A stretch of 63,464 nt of DNA, the filler included. It is 4 parts of 4 records of this genome, joined end to end, with 100 filler letters (N's around TTAATTAATTAA, not from the genome) between each part and the next. Parts side by side here need not be neighbours in the genome. Positions count along the whole stretch, not along the records: positions 58,935 to 63,464 come from SRR20825010_3200; 3 more parts are not named here. One strand, given 5' to 3'. Positions 61,461-63,464 of the stretch are shown here, in pieces. A program made the translations under genes and the position numbers. The notes under the pieces were generated by a model. That model was not told where the DNA came from and made no database searches. It saw nothing but the letters and a program-made list of their open reading frames with translations. Within the stretch, counting starts at the first letter, position 1. Each line of letters starts with the position of its first letter.

Positions 61461-63464
61461 ATGTTAGATCGAATTATACGATGGAGTATTGGGCATAAGC
61501 TCATCATTTTCATTTTTATAGCCGCCTGGATAGGTTTTGGTGTCTTTGCGCTTAGCAACCTTCCCATAGGGGCGGTGCCTGATATCACGACCAACCAGGT
61601 TCAGGTGATCACTACTTCCAGAAATCTGGCGACAGAGGACGTGGAGAAATACCTTACTTATCCCGTGGAGCTGGAGATGGCAAATCTTCCCGGTGTCGTC
61701 GAAATCAGGTCTATTTCCAAGTTTGGACTTTCGGTGGTAACCATAGTTTTCGAGGATAAATTGGGCACATACCTTCCTCGGCAACTTATTGCGGAGCGGA
61801 TCAAAATGGCTGAAGAAAGTATTCCTAAAGGGTTTGGTACTCCGATAATGGGTCCGATCTCTACAGGTCTGGGAGAGATTTTTCAATATGTGATCGATGT
61901 AGAGCCTGGCTACGAGAGCGAGTATTCTATCACTGATCTGCGTACGATTCAGGATTGGGTAGTGCGCCGACAGCTTTCGGGAATTGAAGGAGTAGTAGAA
62001 GTAAATACTTGGGGTGGATTTCTGAAGCAATATGAAGTTGCCATCAATCCCGAGCGATTGAAGGGAATGCAGATTGATATTGCAGAGGTGTTTCATGCGA
62101 TGGAAAAGAACAACTCCATTGCTGGCGGAGGGTATATAGAAAAGACAAATGAAAGCTTTTTTATTCGAGGCGAAGGCTTGGTTTCTAGCTTGGAGGATAT
62201 AGGAAATATTGTTGTGGATGTGAGGAATGGTTCTCCTATATACATCCGTGATATCGCTGAAGTCGGCTTTGGACATGCGAATAGATTTGGGGCAATCACC
62301 GCAAACGGCGAGGGGGAAAAAGTTCTGGGTCAGGTGATGATGCTGAAAGGCGCAGATTCCAAAGGAACTATAGATCGGGTGAAAGAACGCTTGGAAGAAA
62401 TGAAGTCTTCTCTTCCAGAAGGGATTATAATAAACGGCTTTTTGGATCGCTCAGAATTGATCGATAAGACCACATTCACTATTGCTGAAAACCTGATTTT
62501 GGGTTGCCTGATCGTGGTTTTTGTGGTGGTTCTGCTATTGGGTAATTTCCGATCTGGTTTGGTGGTAGCATCTGTGATTCCGCTGAGTTTGCTTTTTGCT
62601 TTGGCTATGATGTACATCTTCGGAGTCGATGCCAACTTGATGAGTTTGGGCGCGATTGACTTCGGTATTATCATCGATGGAGCAGTGATTATAGTGGAGT
62701 TCATAGCTTTCCAATTCACCCGATCTGATCATCAATTAGCAGGACTTTCCAAAGCTCAGAGACAAGAAAAGAAAGATGAGATTTCATTTACCGGTGCTTC
62801 CAAAATGATGCACTCGGCGATTTTTGGGCAGATCATCATCATCATCGTTTTTATCCCGATTTTATCGCTGACGGGCGTAGAGGGCAAGATGTTTCGGCCA
62901 ATGGCTGAAGTATTCTCTTTTGCCTTGATCGGTGCAATGATTCTAGGTTTGACCTATGTGCCGGTAGTTTCAGCTCTTTTCCTTAAGACTACACCGCCTG
63001 GTCCAAAGAATGTTTCCACAAGAATCATCAACGGGTTGAATAAAATTTATGAGCCAGCGATCACCTGGGCTTTGGATCATACCAAAGTTGTGCTGATTTC
63101 CGCATTTGGACTATTGGTAGGTACAATCTTGATTTTTTCTACCATGGGTTCCGAATTTGTGCCTACGCTAGATGAGGGGGATTTTGTGATTCAGCCATTT
63201 TTGAAAACAGGAACTTCACTAAGTAACACGGTGGAAACGGTCACGGAGATTGAGAAAATCTTGAAGGAATTTCCAGAGGTGAATCAGATAGTAACAAGAA
63301 TAGGTGCGGCTGAGATACCAACAGATCCCATGTCCATGGAGGAGAGTGATGTGATCGTGACCTTGAAACCGAGATCTGAATGGACTACGGTGGAGACCAA
63401 GGATGAGCTAGCTGATAAATTCAAAGAAGCGCTGGAAGTGATTCCGGGGATGGAGTATGAGTTT
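61461..63464 (+). CDS. czcA: CzcA/CusA heavy-metal efflux RND permease, 3' end truncated and absent from the ORF track
   Basis: Manual translation gives MLDRIIRWSIGHKL..AVPDITTNQVQVIT, GPISTGLGEIFQY, ANLMSLGAIDFGIIIDG and EGKMFRPMA; the frame appears open to the window end. Confidence 0.93.
   Translation, partial: MLDRIIRWSIGHKLIIFIFIAAWIGFGVFALSNLPIGAVPDITTNQVQVITTSRNLATEDVEKYLTYPVELEMANLPGVVEIRSISKFGLSVVTIVFEDKLGTYLPRQLIAERIKMAEESIPKGFGTPIMGPISTGLGEIFQYVIDVEPGYESEYSITDLRTIQDWVVRRQLSGIEGVVEVNTWGGFLKQYEVAINPERLKGMQIDIAEVFHAMEKNNSIAGGGYIEKTNESFFIRGEGLVSSLEDIGNIVVDVRNGSPIYIRDIAEVGFGHANRFGAITANGEGEKVLGQVMMLKGADSKGTIDRVKERLEEMKSSLPEGIIINGFLDRSELIDKTTFTIAENLILGCLIVVFVVVLLLGNFRSGLVVASVIPLSLLFALAMMYIFGVDANLMSLGAIDFGIIIDGAVIIVEFIAFQFTRSDHQLAGLSKAQRQEKKDEISFTGASKMMHSAIFGQIIIIIVFIPILSLTGVEGKMFRPMAEVFSFALIGAMILGLTYVPVVSALFLKTTPPGPKNVSTRIINGLNKIYEPAITWALDHTKVVLISAFGLLVGTILIFSTMGSEFVPTLDEGDFVIQPFLKTGTSLSNTVETVTEIEKILKEFPEVNQIVTRIGAAEIPTDPMSMEESDVIVTLKPRSEWTTVETKDELADKFKEALEVIPGMEYEF

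Noticed and set aside
61464-62735. Minus-strand ORFs in the ORF track
   Set aside because: Shadows of czcA, which the track misses because it has no stop codon within the window.

Overview
This window is not one locus. It is four unrelated contigs joined by 100-nt artificial spacers (N44-TTAATTAATTAA-N44 at 31471-31570, 39147-39246, 58835-58934), so it looks like a concatenated marine metagenome or enrichment assembly. Taxonomy below is inferred from gene content, synteny and protein style, not from a database search. (1) 1-31470, Marinobacter-like gammaproteobacterium: kdsA-pyrG-tilS-accA-dnaE, tlpA/arsC/wrbA, an orphan GspE/PilB ATPase, mtnBDC, an IorAB-type molybdoenzyme, smrA, and a probable acetate-uptake locus (cNMP-CBS-DUF294 nucleotidyltransferase, DEDDh exonuclease, DUF4212, SSS symporter, CrbS-like kinase) followed by a second phosphorelay. 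(2) 31571-39146, Thalassospira-like alphaproteobacterium: recG, sdhE, mfd, FrnE-like gene, deoB, deoC. (3) 39247-58834, Rhodopirellula-like planctomycete: tag, paired membrane paralogs, a Cys-rich secreted protein, a PEP-CTERM trypsin-like protease, a DUF1501/DUF1549-DUF1553/cytochrome c-WD40 operon, a GH5 and a SWIM-SNF2 ATPase. (4) 58935-63464, AT-richer Bacteroidetes (Cyclobacteriaceae-like): a REP-like nested palindrome, an OmpR-family two-component system and a truncated CzcA/CusA gene missing from the ORF track; both promoters share a TTAAG-N6-TTAAG box with identical spacing. The best candidates for poorly described systems are the DUF294 nucleotidyltransferase/exonuclease pair tied to acetate transport and the planctomycete DUF1501-heme operon. 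No CRISPR array, rRNA, tRNA, transposase or intein was seen.
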